From NCBI GenBank assembly GCA_041601615.1, contig JBFIHX010000004.1, forward strand, positions 160,001 to 224,000: DNA of 64,000 nt, read 5' to 3'. The position numbers and the translations under genes were made by a program. Under the pieces are notes generated by a model. That model did no database searches. It had not been told where the DNA came from and saw only the letters and a list, made by a program, of their open reading frames with translations. Shown here one piece after another: positions 39,659 to 48,224 of the stretch (the stretch's first letter is position 1; each line of letters starts with the position of its first letter). This DNA is from Thermoplasmatota archaeon (GTDB taxonomy: Archaea > Thermoplasmatota > E2 > JACPAO01 > JAHFTW01).

Positions 39659-40537
39659 ATGGTGCCCATGACGACGTGGATTTACTTCCTGGTCATTACC
39701 ATGGTCCTGTTTTCGGGCTGCATCGGTGAGGACAAGGAAGGAGATGCCATCGAACCTAGCCCGAATGGAGCCGGAGCCTGGACAACGGATGGCGACGGAA
39801 CGAAAGGCAATGACACAATAGATTTGGAAGCAACCGGTTCCAATCTGCAGCCAAACGTTGCCCTCTCTGGCCTCCTGCAATTGGACGGCTGCACCTGGAT
39901 GATCGCCTCGTCCCAATATGCGCCGGGAACGAATCCCGCACCGACGCCGCCCGGATGGGGTCCCGAGGACAAGCCGATGTCCATCAATGTGCTGGAGTTG
40001 TACGAGTGTTCCTTCATCTCGTTGGACGGGTTGGACCGTCCTGCCAGCCTACTCATGGAGACCACCGACTCTGGTGCGCGTCCAGAGGCGTGCGAAGACT
40101 CGGACCGCAACGTTGGGTACGTGGTCAACCTCTTCACAGACGACGAGGCACTTGCGAAGATTCTGTCCACTCGCTACCATGCACCTGCGAAGATTGCGAC
40201 CTTTGATCGTGTCGAGGACGAATCTGGCATCACGTGGACGTGGGCCCAGGGCGGCGAGGAGTCCTCCCTGCATTATCCAATCCCCAACCTAGACAATCAG
40301 GAAGTTCCCCTTTCAGCAGCCAGTTATCTTTGGGAAACCCCCAATGGCACCAACTCATTCGAGATTCGATACGACGTAGTGGGTAGTGGAGGAAGCATTG
40401 GGGCGGGAACCCTGGCTTCGCATCACTTCCTGGGCATGGAGGGGCATTTCGCAGGCATCACCGGCGCCGGTCCGGAACTGTCCCTGTTCGCAAAGATCCG
40501 GACCCGAGGTCCGTTATGCGAAGATATTGCATCCTAG
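39659..40537 (+). CDS. Lipoprotein (module A)
   Basis: Lipobox FSGC; resembles 50511-51332. Confidence 0.78.
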   Translation: MVPMTTWIYFLVITMVLFSGCIGEDKEGDAIEPSPNGAGAWTTDGDGTKGNDTIDLEATGSNLQPNVALSGLLQLDGCTWMIASSQYAPGTNPAPTPPGWGPEDKPMSINVLELYECSFISLDGLDRPASLLMETTDSGARPEACEDSDRNVGYVVNLFTDDEALAKILSTRYHAPAKIATFDRVEDESGITWTWAQGGEESSLHYPIPNLDNQEVPLSAASYLWETPNGTNSFEIRYDVVGSGGSIGAGTLASHHFLGMEGHFAGITGAGPELSLFAKIRTRGPLCEDIAS

Positions 40538-41991
40538 TAGCCGCACTGACCGCGGGAGTGCTCCTTTCAGTGCACGCTGGGGCCGCTCCGGTCTCCTTCC
40601 ACGTCCCTGCGCAACTCCAGGCAGAACACCTCGAAATCGAGGCGAATAGGGCGTTGCTGATTCTGCCACCCGGGGACTCCTGGCAAGCGCAAGTCGCCAA
40701 CGCTACCGTGACGAGCGGGGAGCGGCACCAGTATGCAGAGGCGAAGTATGCGGGGCCTTACAACTTGGGGTTCTATTACAAGGACAAGGCACGAGACCAT
40801 CCGGCGCCGGTGGGTTGGACCGACTTAGAGCTAGTGCCTCCGGGAGGCGCATGGTCGAGCATCATCATTGAAGCGGATTCCTTGCTCGTCGAGACCCGGC
40901 TGGCTGATGCGAGCGTGGAGACCACGAGGGGAAACCTCGCAGATCGGTGGACGCACGACGACGAGATGCACGAGTTGCATCCCCGTTCGTTGCGCAACCC
41001 CTCGTTGACTCCCCTCTTGCTCATGGAGGATGCGTCCGAATCAGTGTTCATTGTTGCGACGGGACTCAAGCGAATCGAGTGGCATGACGCAATCCCTTCC
41101 TGCCCATCGGGCCAGGATTGCCCGAAACCCAGTCCAAGTGGTCCAGTCGTGGAGTTCGTCGAGTATAGGTTCTCCAGCGGCGCTCTACGTTTGACCGCGA
41201 GGCCGCACATCCTGGCTTTGACAGGACCGATGGACTTGGCCGTCAACGGAACCGTCCGTTTGCCAAGCACGACAGGCAACATCCCTTGCACCGACTGCAA
41301 TTTGACGGAGGACATCCTGACCATGCGCGGAGACATCCGCCTGACGCTCCAGGGGGCCCTGGACGAAAATCCCCCCCAGATTCAAGCAGATCTAGATGGA
41401 TCATTCCTGGCCCGTGTCAACGAGGAAAACCCACGACCCGTAGGCACATCCTCGGCGACGTTTTCGGTCGTGGCGACTGGCGTGGGCTTGTTCTTTCTGG
41501 CACGCTTCATTGCTGCATTCGTTAGTCAAAGGATCCTCGCTGAACCTCTCGAACATCCGACGCGGCGCAGCATCTACCACATGGTGGAGGCCCAGCCCGG
41601 CGCCACGCCCGTGGATTTGAGGACCGCGACGGGCGTTGGGGAGGGAAACCTCCGCCATCATTTGCATATCCTAGAACGGGCCGGCATCGTCAAGCATTGG
41701 CGCGATGGGCGGAAAATACACTATGCAGTGAGGGAGGCAAAAGCGGCACTCATCATGCAACAGCGCGCATTGGACGACGACGGGCTTGCAGAGTTGTACA
41801 GATACCTAGACAATCCGCGAGGGCGTGTGCAACTAGGCGTGGTGCATTGGGCAGAGGAGTCGGTTGGTTGGGCCCGCTCCACGACACAAACCAAACTTCG
41901 GCAACTTTGTTCTCTTGGGCTTGTTGAGGTTCGCAAGGATGGTTTTCGGAAGGTGTACCGAGCCGTCCGTGTTGCGACTGTGGACACCTAG
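40516..41991 (+). CDS. Membrane-tethered regulator: signal peptide + extracellular domain + TM + tandem wHTH (module A)
   Basis: TM VVATGVGLFFLARFIAAFV; LEHPTRRSIY...PG...NLRHHLHILERAG; second HTH ARSTTQTKLRQLCSLGLV. Confidence 0.82.
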   Translation: MRRYCILVAALTAGVLLSVHAGAAPVSFHVPAQLQAEHLEIEANRALLILPPGDSWQAQVANATVTSGERHQYAEAKYAGPYNLGFYYKDKARDHPAPVGWTDLELVPPGGAWSSIIIEADSLLVETRLADASVETTRGNLADRWTHDDEMHELHPRSLRNPSLTPLLLMEDASESVFIVATGLKRIEWHDAIPSCPSGQDCPKPSPSGPVVEFVEYRFSSGALRLTARPHILALTGPMDLAVNGTVRLPSTTGNIPCTDCNLTEDILTMRGDIRLTLQGALDENPPQIQADLDGSFLARVNEENPRPVGTSSATFSVVATGVGLFFLARFIAAFVSQRILAEPLEHPTRRSIYHMVEAQPGATPVDLRTATGVGEGNLRHHLHILERAGIVKHWRDGRKIHYAVREAKAALIMQQRALDDDGLAELYRYLDNPRGRVQLGVVHWAEESVGWARSTTQTKLRQLCSLGLVEVRKDGFRKVYRAVRVATVDT

Positions 41992-42022
41992 CGTAGCGGT
42001 CCGGGCGCGCCAAGTGGTTCGG

Positions 42023-43087
42023 TTAGAACCCCGCCAGCACCGCAGCCACTGCGTCCGGCACGGGCCCTTTGACGGAGTAGCTGGCGCGGCGTAGGATGGG
42101 GTCGCCGTCTTCGACGCCCACGGCGGCGATGGTGGGGTTGCCTTGGATGGCTTCGATGAAGTCGAGGCTGCCTCGGACGCCCACGCAGACGAGGAGCCGG
42201 GGGGCGACGTGGTGGTCTTTGATGCCCACGAGGCATTCGGCGCCGTCTTTGCCGGCAAGGCCGCGGTCCAGGACACTGCGCGTGACGGCAAACCTGGCAC
42301 CGAGTCGTGTTGCGAGTGCGCGCGCTGCTTCTACGTCTGAGGCAGAGGAGACGCGGGCGCCGCATACTACGACGCGTTCGGCTGTTTCCAGGGTTTCTTG
42401 GGGCGGGTCGGCTCGACTTTCGACTTGAATCGAGGCGATGGGGATGTGCCCTACGGCTAGTTCGTGCACCTTGACGCTTGCGTAGGGGTCTTCCATGGGG
42501 GCTCGAAACAAGCCGCGTTGGACGCTGACAAATTGGGGGGCTTCTCGAAATTCTGTGGTGACCAGGAACCGTGCGTCGCTGCCAGGGTGCACGGCGATGA
42601 AGCGGCGTTCCATGGTGTCCACGCGCAGGTCCGTAGCACCTACTACGAATCCGACGCCGAGGCGGTTGGCGGTGTAGGCGACGACGGCGTCTCCGGTGCG
42701 GCTCTGGAATGCCATGACGAGTTCTGGCCGGCGCTTTTTGACGACGGCTTCTAGGACCTTGGCGGTGTGGTCGATGGGTGCGTAGGAGGGGCCGGTGACG
42801 CGGTAGACGGTGTCAATCGGGTACTTTCGGAGCACTTCGGTGGCAGGTTCTAGGTCTTCGCCGATGAGTAGGACTTCGACGCGGCAGCCTAGTTCGTCGG
42901 CCATGTAGCGAGCGCGGCCTACGAGGGCGAGGGTTTCGGGGTAGACGCCGGTGGCGGTGGCGCGGCCGAGGACGAGGATGTTGCGCCAGTCGCCGCTTTT
43001 GACGTCTTCGAGGGCGCTGGTGTTGGAGGTTGTTTCTTCCTCCATGTTGTAGATGTCGGCAAAGCCCCAGCCTGCGTCGTCGCTCAT
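42023..43087 (-). CDS. etfA: Electron transfer flavoprotein alpha subunit (divergent)
   Basis: ETF N-domain, LETAERVVVCG, APRLLVCVGVRGS; downstream of etfB and ACAD. Confidence 0.75.
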   Translation of the reverse strand: MSDDAGWGFADIYNMEEETTSNTSALEDVKSGDWRNILVLGRATATGVYPETLALVGRARYMADELGCRVEVLLIGEDLEPATEVLRKYPIDTVYRVTGPSYAPIDHTAKVLEAVVKKRRPELVMAFQSRTGDAVVAYTANRLGVGFVVGATDLRVDTMERRFIAVHPGSDARFLVTTEFREAPQFVSVQRGLFRAPMEDPYASVKVHELAVGHIPIASIQVESRADPPQETLETAERVVVCGARVSSASDVEAARALATRLGARFAVTRSVLDRGLAGKDGAECLVGIKDHHVAPRLLVCVGVRGSLDFIEAIQGNPTIAAVGVEDGDPILRRASYSVKGPVPDAVAAVLAGF

Positions 43088-43869
43088 GCGTTTGCCTCCT
43101 GTTCGGGAATCAAGGACCGGCTGCGCAGTCGTCGCACGAGGGTGCCGCCGTCTACGTCTTCGACGCTTTGGGTGTCGGGTCGGGCGGCTTCGATGCGCAC
43201 GCGGTTTGTGAGGGCGGCGCTGGCGGTGTATTGGTCGGCTTGTACGCGTAGGACGCCGCGGGTGTTGTAGGCGTCGTGGATGCCCCAGCTCGTGGGGTAG
43301 GTTGGTGCAACTTCGCCGGCAAGCACCACGCATGGGCGGGGGATTTGGAGTTTGTATTGGCCAAAGATCGAGTGGTAGTCTACCATGAAGCCGTCGGAGC
43401 TTGGTGCGATGTCGGTGACGCCGACGACGCAGGGCAGGTCTAGGTGGCCGGCGACGGCGGCGAGTGTTCCGGAGAAGCCTGAGAATTCGCTGCGGGCGGG
43501 GCCGATGACGGCGTCGAAGGGTCCGTGTTGTCGGTATACGTCGGCGATGGTTGCGGCGCGCACGCTGGCGTCGCTGCTTTCTTGGGGTGCGCCTTGGATG
43601 AGGATGCCTTGGTCGAGGCCGTAGGACAGGGCTTCGCGTAGGATGTCTTCGCCGCCGCCTTTGTCCACGTGGACGGCCACTAGTTCCGCGCCGCGGGGGT
43701 GCAGGCGTTTGGCGAGGCTGATGGCGCGGACACTTGCGTCGGAGAGGATGCGTTCGAGGCCTTCGGTGTCGAGGGTGCCGGTGCTGCGTTGGACGCGCAG
43801 TTTGCCGTGGAAGGCGCCGGTGATGGGTACGAGGATGCGTTGGGGGCGGGAGCCGGTTTGGGCGCTCAT
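43084..43869 (-). CDS. etfB: Electron transfer flavoprotein beta subunit (divergent)
   Basis: LREALSYGLDQGIL, FDAVIG, AGHLDLPCV, IPRPCVV. Confidence 0.75.
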   Translation of the reverse strand: MSAQTGSRPQRILVPITGAFHGKLRVQRSTGTLDTEGLERILSDASVRAISLAKRLHPRGAELVAVHVDKGGGEDILREALSYGLDQGILIQGAPQESSDASVRAATIADVYRQHGPFDAVIGPARSEFSGFSGTLAAVAGHLDLPCVVGVTDIAPSSDGFMVDYHSIFGQYKLQIPRPCVVLAGEVAPTYPTSWGIHDAYNTRGVLRVQADQYTASAALTNRVRIEAARPDTQSVEDVDGGTLVRRLRSRSLIPEQEANA

Positions 43870-43970
43870 AGTTCCACTCCGATGCCACCGATGAGGGCAT
43901 GCGAGCATGCCCTCAGTGTCCGCTTCCTTCGGTCGCTCGCCACCAAAGTGGCCCTATTCGCTGCGCTCAT
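43866..43970 (-). other. 34-aa mini-ORF insertion duplicating the ACAD/etfB junction
   Basis: Perfect 25-bp direct repeat GCGCTCATAGTTCCACTCCGATGCC at 43862 and 43963; internal hairpin 43892-43915. Confidence 0.72.
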
Positions 43971-45187
43971 AGTTCCACTCCGATGCCGCTCATCAGTTCC
44001 CTGGCAATGATGAGTCGTTGAATCTCGTTGGTGCCTTCGTAGATCTCGGAAATCACTTGGTCGCGGAAGGCGCGTTCGACACCGTAGCGCCAGCGCAAGC
44101 CGTCGCCTCCGAAGATGCGAATGGCGCTTTCGCCGGCGCGTCCGCTCATTTCGGAGCAGTGGATTTTGACCACGGCGGCGGCCCGGCTGACTTGTTCGCG
44201 TAGGCTGCGGCTGACGGGTTCTCCGGCGGCGATGCGTTCGTAGTAGCGGTCGGTGAGGGCGGCGGCGTGGTAGACGGCGTATTCTGCGAGGTGGATGTCG
44301 CTGGCCATGTCGGCAAGCATCCATTGAACACTTTGATTGTCGCCGATGCGTTTGCCTTCGCGTTGCCGGGCTTGGGCTCGGTGGACGCAGTCGGCTAGGA
44401 GGCGTTTGGTGGCTCCGAGGGTGGCGGCTCCGAGGCCGACGCGGCCGCCGTCGAGGGCGGTGAGTGCGACGATGAAGCCTTCGCCGACGTTGCCAAGGAC
44501 GTCTTCTTTGGGAACGTAGCAATTGTCGAACACCAGTTCGGCGGTGTTGCTTTGGCGGATGCCGAGTTTGTCTTCGATGGTGCCGACCTTGTAGCCGGGG
44601 TTGTCTTTGCTTACGATGAAGGCGGTGACCCCGCCGTGGGCGCCGAGGGTGGAGTCTGTGACGGCGAATACGACGATGGTGTCGGCAAAATTGCCGTTGC
44701 TGCACCAGATTTTGGTGCCGTTGATGCGGTAGCCGTCGCCGTCGCGGTCGGCGGTGGTTTTGATGCTGGCGGCGTCGCTGCCGGCGGTGGGTTCGGTCAA
44801 AGCGAAGGCGGCAAGGTGTTCGCCTTTGCAGATGGGGCGCACGTAGCGTTCTCGTTGGTCTTCGTTGCCAAACAAGTAGAGCGGGGCAAGACCAATGCCG
44901 GTGTGGGCTCCGAAGATGGTGGCAAGGCTGCTGTCGACTGCTGCGATTTCTTCGAAGACGAGGCAGTAGCCCACTTCGCCCATGCCGGCTCCGGCGAGGC
45001 TGCGGGGCACGGGGATGCCAAAATAGCCTTGGTTCTGCATTTTCTTGACGAGGTCGAGCGGCGAGTCGCCGCCGTGGCCGCTCCAGTCGTCGGCGGGTAG
45101 GAGCGGTTCGATTTCGTTGCGCATGAAGGCGCGGGTGCTGCGGCGCAGGAGGCGCTGTTCGGGTGTCAGGGAGAACTCGAAGGGCAT
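43967..45187 (-). CDS. Acyl-CoA dehydrogenase
   Basis: FALTEPTAGSD, NGTKIWCSNG, EDKLGIR, IFGGDG, IYEGTNEIQR. Confidence 0.95.
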   Translation of the reverse strand: MPFEFSLTPEQRLLRRSTRAFMRNEIEPLLPADDWSGHGGDSPLDLVKKMQNQGYFGIPVPRSLAGAGMGEVGYCLVFEEIAAVDSSLATIFGAHTGIGLAPLYLFGNEDQRERYVRPICKGEHLAAFALTEPTAGSDAASIKTTADRDGDGYRINGTKIWCSNGNFADTIVVFAVTDSTLGAHGGVTAFIVSKDNPGYKVGTIEDKLGIRQSNTAELVFDNCYVPKEDVLGNVGEGFIVALTALDGGRVGLGAATLGATKRLLADCVHRAQARQREGKRIGDNQSVQWMLADMASDIHLAEYAVYHAAALTDRYYERIAAGEPVSRSLREQVSRAAAVVKIHCSEMSGRAGESAIRIFGGDGLRWRYGVERAFRDQVISEIYEGTNEIQRLIIARELMSGIGVEL

Positions 45188-45264
45188 GCGGGGACTCGAT
45201 GGGGGAGGCGGTCGGGGGCGAGGGGTGGTGGAGGGGTAGAGGAAGGGGCACGTTGGGGGACTGA

Positions 45265-45294
45265 GGCTGCGGTCCGACAAGCCGGACCGCAGCC
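45265..45294. repeat. 12-bp-stem intercistronic hairpin
   Basis: GGCTGCGGTCCG-N6-CGGACCGCAGCC between crotonase and ACAD. Confidence 0.6.
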
Positions 45295-45325
45295 GCGCCG
45301 GGAATTCCCTGCGGGAATCCCCGCC

Positions 45326-46108
45326 TTATTTGCCCTGGAATTCAGGCGCCCGTTTCTCGATGAAGGCGGTGATGCCTTCGACGAGGTCTTCGGTGCCTGC
45401 CAGTTCGCCTGCGGCTTCCAGTTCGTTGGCAAGGGCGGCGGCGCGGTCCGGTGCGCGCAGGTTGGCGTTGATGATGCGCTTGGCGGCTTGCACGGCGAGC
45501 GGCGCGGACTTGCGGTCGATCATGCGGCCGATGTCGATGGCGGCGCGCACTTCTTCTCCGTCGGGGACGATTTTGTTGACGAGGCCGATGCGCTGGGCTT
45601 CTTGCGCGTTGATCATTTGGCCGGTGTAGATGAGTTCCTTGGCCTTGGCGGCGCCGACGATTTGCGGCAGCCGAGTCGAACCTCCCCAGGCTGGCACGAG
45701 GCCGATCCATACTTCGGGTTGGCCGTAGCGGGCGCGGTCGCTGCTGATGCGGATGTCGGCGGCCATGGCCAGTTCGCAGCCACCTCCGAGGGCGAGGTTG
45801 TTGACGGCGGCGATGACGGGTTTGGCGCAGTCTTCGACGGCGTTGAACGCTTCGTGGCCGAGGCTGACGATTTCTTTGGCTTGGTCGGGCGACAGTCCGG
45901 CAAATTCTTTCAGGTCGGCGCCGGCGCAGAAGGCGTGGTTGCCGGCTCCGGTCAGTACGACGGCGTTTACGTCGGCGTTGCCTCCGAGGGCTTCGAATTC
46001 TGCCTTGAGTTCTTTGAGGACGGCGGGGGACAGGGCGTTTACGGGCGGGTGGTCGAGGGTGACCACGGCGATGCGGTTTTCGATTTTGGTCTTGATGTAT
46101 TCAGCCAT
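45326..46108 (-). CDS. Enoyl-CoA hydratase/crotonase
   Basis: AFCAGADL, KPVIAAVN, GGGCELA, GQPEV. Confidence 0.95.
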   Translation of the reverse strand: MAEYIKTKIENRIAVVTLDHPPVNALSPAVLKELKAEFEALGGNADVNAVVLTGAGNHAFCAGADLKEFAGLSPDQAKEIVSLGHEAFNAVEDCAKPVIAAVNNLALGGGCELAMAADIRISSDRARYGQPEVWIGLVPAWGGSTRLPQIVGAAKAKELIYTGQMINAQEAQRIGLVNKIVPDGEEVRAAIDIGRMIDRKSAPLAVQAAKRIINANLRAPDRAAALANELEAAGELAGTEDLVEGITAFIEKRAPEFQGK

Positions 46109-46134
46109 GTGGGTAGTCTCCGGGGTCGTGGACG

Positions 46135-47124
46135 CTAGTCCTGGTTTCGGTATTCGTAGAAGCCGCGGCCGGTTTTTTGGCCGAGGCGGCCGGCGGCGAC
46201 GAGTTGTTTGACGATTTGTACGGGGCGTTGGGGCATAGGCCCGCCCTGTTGTTCTTGGATGCTTTGGCCTGCGTGTAGTACGACGTCGAGGCCGATGAGG
46301 TCGGCCAGGGCGAGGGGGCCCATGGGCATGCCTGCGCCGGCTTGCATGGCGAGGTCGATGTCTTTGGGCTTGGCGATGCCTTCCTCGTAGCAGGCGAATG
46401 CTTCTTGCAGCATGGGTGCGAGGATGCGGTTGACGAGGAATCCGGGGCATTCCTTGACTTGGATGGGCATCAGGGGGAAGCGGTGGTTTCGCATGGGGGC
46501 GAGCACGTTGATGACGTCCTCGGACACGTCGTAGCGCGTTTCCATGCCGGGGATGATCTCGATGAGCGGGAGCGTTGTTGGCGGGTTGAAGTAGTGCACG
46601 CCCAGGAAGCGACCGCGTCGTTCCGCGGGGATTTCGGCGGCGATTTGCGTGATGCCTATGGTGCTGGTGTTGCTGGCGATGACGCAGTGGTCGCTGACGT
46701 GTTCGCAGAGCTCGCGCAGGACCTTGCCTTTGAGGGCGAGGTTTTCGGGGACGGCCTCAATGACCAAGTCCAGTTTGTCGAATCCGTCGTAGCTGGTTTG
46801 CCAGGTGATTTTGTCGAGGATGCGTTGTTTGCGCGTTTCGTCGTAGGTTGGTTTGAGGTTCTCGGCTGCCTTCGCCTTCTGTTCGTCGCTCAGTTCGACG
46901 CCGCTTTTGCGTTCGAAGTCGGAGATGGCTTTGTCGGCTTTGCCTGCGTGGAATGCCACGAGTTCGTCGAGGTCGCCTTCGACCACGGCGCGGCCACGGG
47001 CGAGTGCGGCGTCGTCCACGTCACGAACGATGACCTTGACGTTGTTCATCGCGAACACTTCGGCGATGCGAGCGCCCATGACGCCGGCTCCTAGAATTGC
47101 CACTGAGTCTACAAACAGTACCAT
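46135..47124 (-). CDS. 3-hydroxyacyl-CoA dehydrogenase
   Basis: GAGVMG, IEAVPE, ASNTS, HYFNP, PGFLVNR, PMGP; SD-like GGAGG upstream. Confidence 0.95.
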   Translation of the reverse strand: MVLFVDSVAILGAGVMGARIAEVFAMNNVKVIVRDVDDAALARGRAVVEGDLDELVAFHAGKADKAISDFERKSGVELSDEQKAKAAENLKPTYDETRKQRILDKITWQTSYDGFDKLDLVIEAVPENLALKGKVLRELCEHVSDHCVIASNTSTIGITQIAAEIPAERRGRFLGVHYFNPPTTLPLIEIIPGMETRYDVSEDVINVLAPMRNHRFPLMPIQVKECPGFLVNRILAPMLQEAFACYEEGIAKPKDIDLAMQAGAGMPMGPLALADLIGLDVVLHAGQSIQEQQGGPMPQRPVQIVKQLVAAGRLGQKTGRGFYEYRNQD

Positions 47125-47184
47125 GTGCTCCCTCCGTTCGGCGCGAGGCCGGACCGGGACGCGACGATGGGCCAAGATAGGGTT

Positions 47185-47235
47185 GAACGTTTCGACCCGT
47201 GCGGGCGCCCGAATTGGATTTTATTGAACATGTTC
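47185..47235. promoter_or_regulatory. GAACATGTTC palindrome, copy 4, plus degenerate copy
   Basis: GAACATGTTC 47226-47235; GAACGTTTC at 47185. Confidence 0.62.
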
Positions 47236-47325
47236 GAGTCAAGGACGGACATGGTCGGCTTGGGGCCGAATGGGGCGCGTGTGCTTTTCCGAACATCCTT
47301 GGACCGCGCCGTCCCATCGTTCTTC

Positions 47326-47490
47326 ATGCCCCGCTCCCAGCCTGAGGCGCCGATGGAGGCCTATGCGCACGGCAATGGCCACAAGGATGTACGGATGAAT
47401 CATTTTGGCATGTTCCAGGAGCGCCGCGTCTCTCGCATGGAGCATGTGGTGAACTGGTATCGCCGCGGTGCCAAACCCAAGTCGAAGTAG
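47326..47490 (+). CDS. Small hypothetical protein
   Basis: 54-aa ORF divergent from the beta-oxidation operon; alternative start 47353. Confidence 0.45.
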   Translation: MPRSQPEAPMEAYAHGNGHKDVRMNHFGMFQERRVSRMEHVVNWYRRGAKPKSK

Positions 47491-47659
47491 TCCTCGAACG
47501 GGGAGGCGACGGGCGCGCCAGGATTGGATGCATTGCAGAACAAGCCAAGAGGCTCGCCTTAGTTTCCAAGTCGGCGACAACAGGAGTGGAGAGCGAAAAA
47601 GGAGGGTGCGACGACCTAGAATCCGCATCAACGGTTATGGCGCTAAGGCACCACAGCCA

Positions 47660-47762
47660 CTCGCACGTTCTTCACTTCGTTCAGAACCCGCTTCGCAGTG
47701 GGCGGCACTTACGTACCGCCGACGCTCGCGAATTCTTCGCTGCGCTCAGAACCCGCTTCGCA
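47660..47762. repeat. Imperfect 38-bp direct repeat with REP-like hairpin at the sepF 3' end
   Basis: ...TTCTTCACTTCGTTCAGAACCCGCTTCGCA vs ...TTCTTCGCTGCGCTCAGAACCCGCTTCGCA, period 65 bp. Confidence 0.7.
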
Positions 47763-48129
47763 TTTTACGGCGGTCGATCTTGACGCCGGTGGGAGCGACG
47801 ATCATCATCGTCTTGCCGAGGCCTGCGATGTCGCCGTTGATGTCGCTGACGAGCTTCTTGAGGTCGCTGGTGACGCGGCGCAGAACGATTTCATCCTGGG
47901 CGATGGGGCTGAAGTCCAGGAGTAAGAGGTTGCCTTGGTAGACGTAGTTGGCCATTTCGCGCAGGTCGTCGTACTTGGACAACTCGGCGACACGGACCAT
48001 CATGCTGGCGGTTTGATCAAACAGTTCGGAGCCAGCGGTGTACTCCTCCAGGTCGATGTAGTCGGTGCTTGGTGACGGCTTGGTGGCCGACGCTGTCGCC
48101 GGCTTGGCGAAAAGGCTCTTCAGACCCAT
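47746..48129 (-). CDS. sepF: Cell division protein SepF (archaeal type)
   Basis: DYIDL, VRVAEL, VYQGNLLLLD, GDIAG, IVAPTGVKIDR. Confidence 0.9.
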   Translation of the reverse strand: MGLKSLFAKPATASATKPSPSTDYIDLEEYTAGSELFDQTASMMVRVAELSKYDDLREMANYVYQGNLLLLDFSPIAQDEIVLRRVTSDLKKLVSDINGDIAGLGKTMMIVAPTGVKIDRRKMRSGF

Positions 48130-48224
48130 AGGTGCATCCCGTGACTAGAGACGGGGCGGCTTCGGATAAGCATATCCGTAGAGTGCCGAGCGGAGCTCAT
48201 TGGTTGGGTGGCGCTTCAATGCAT

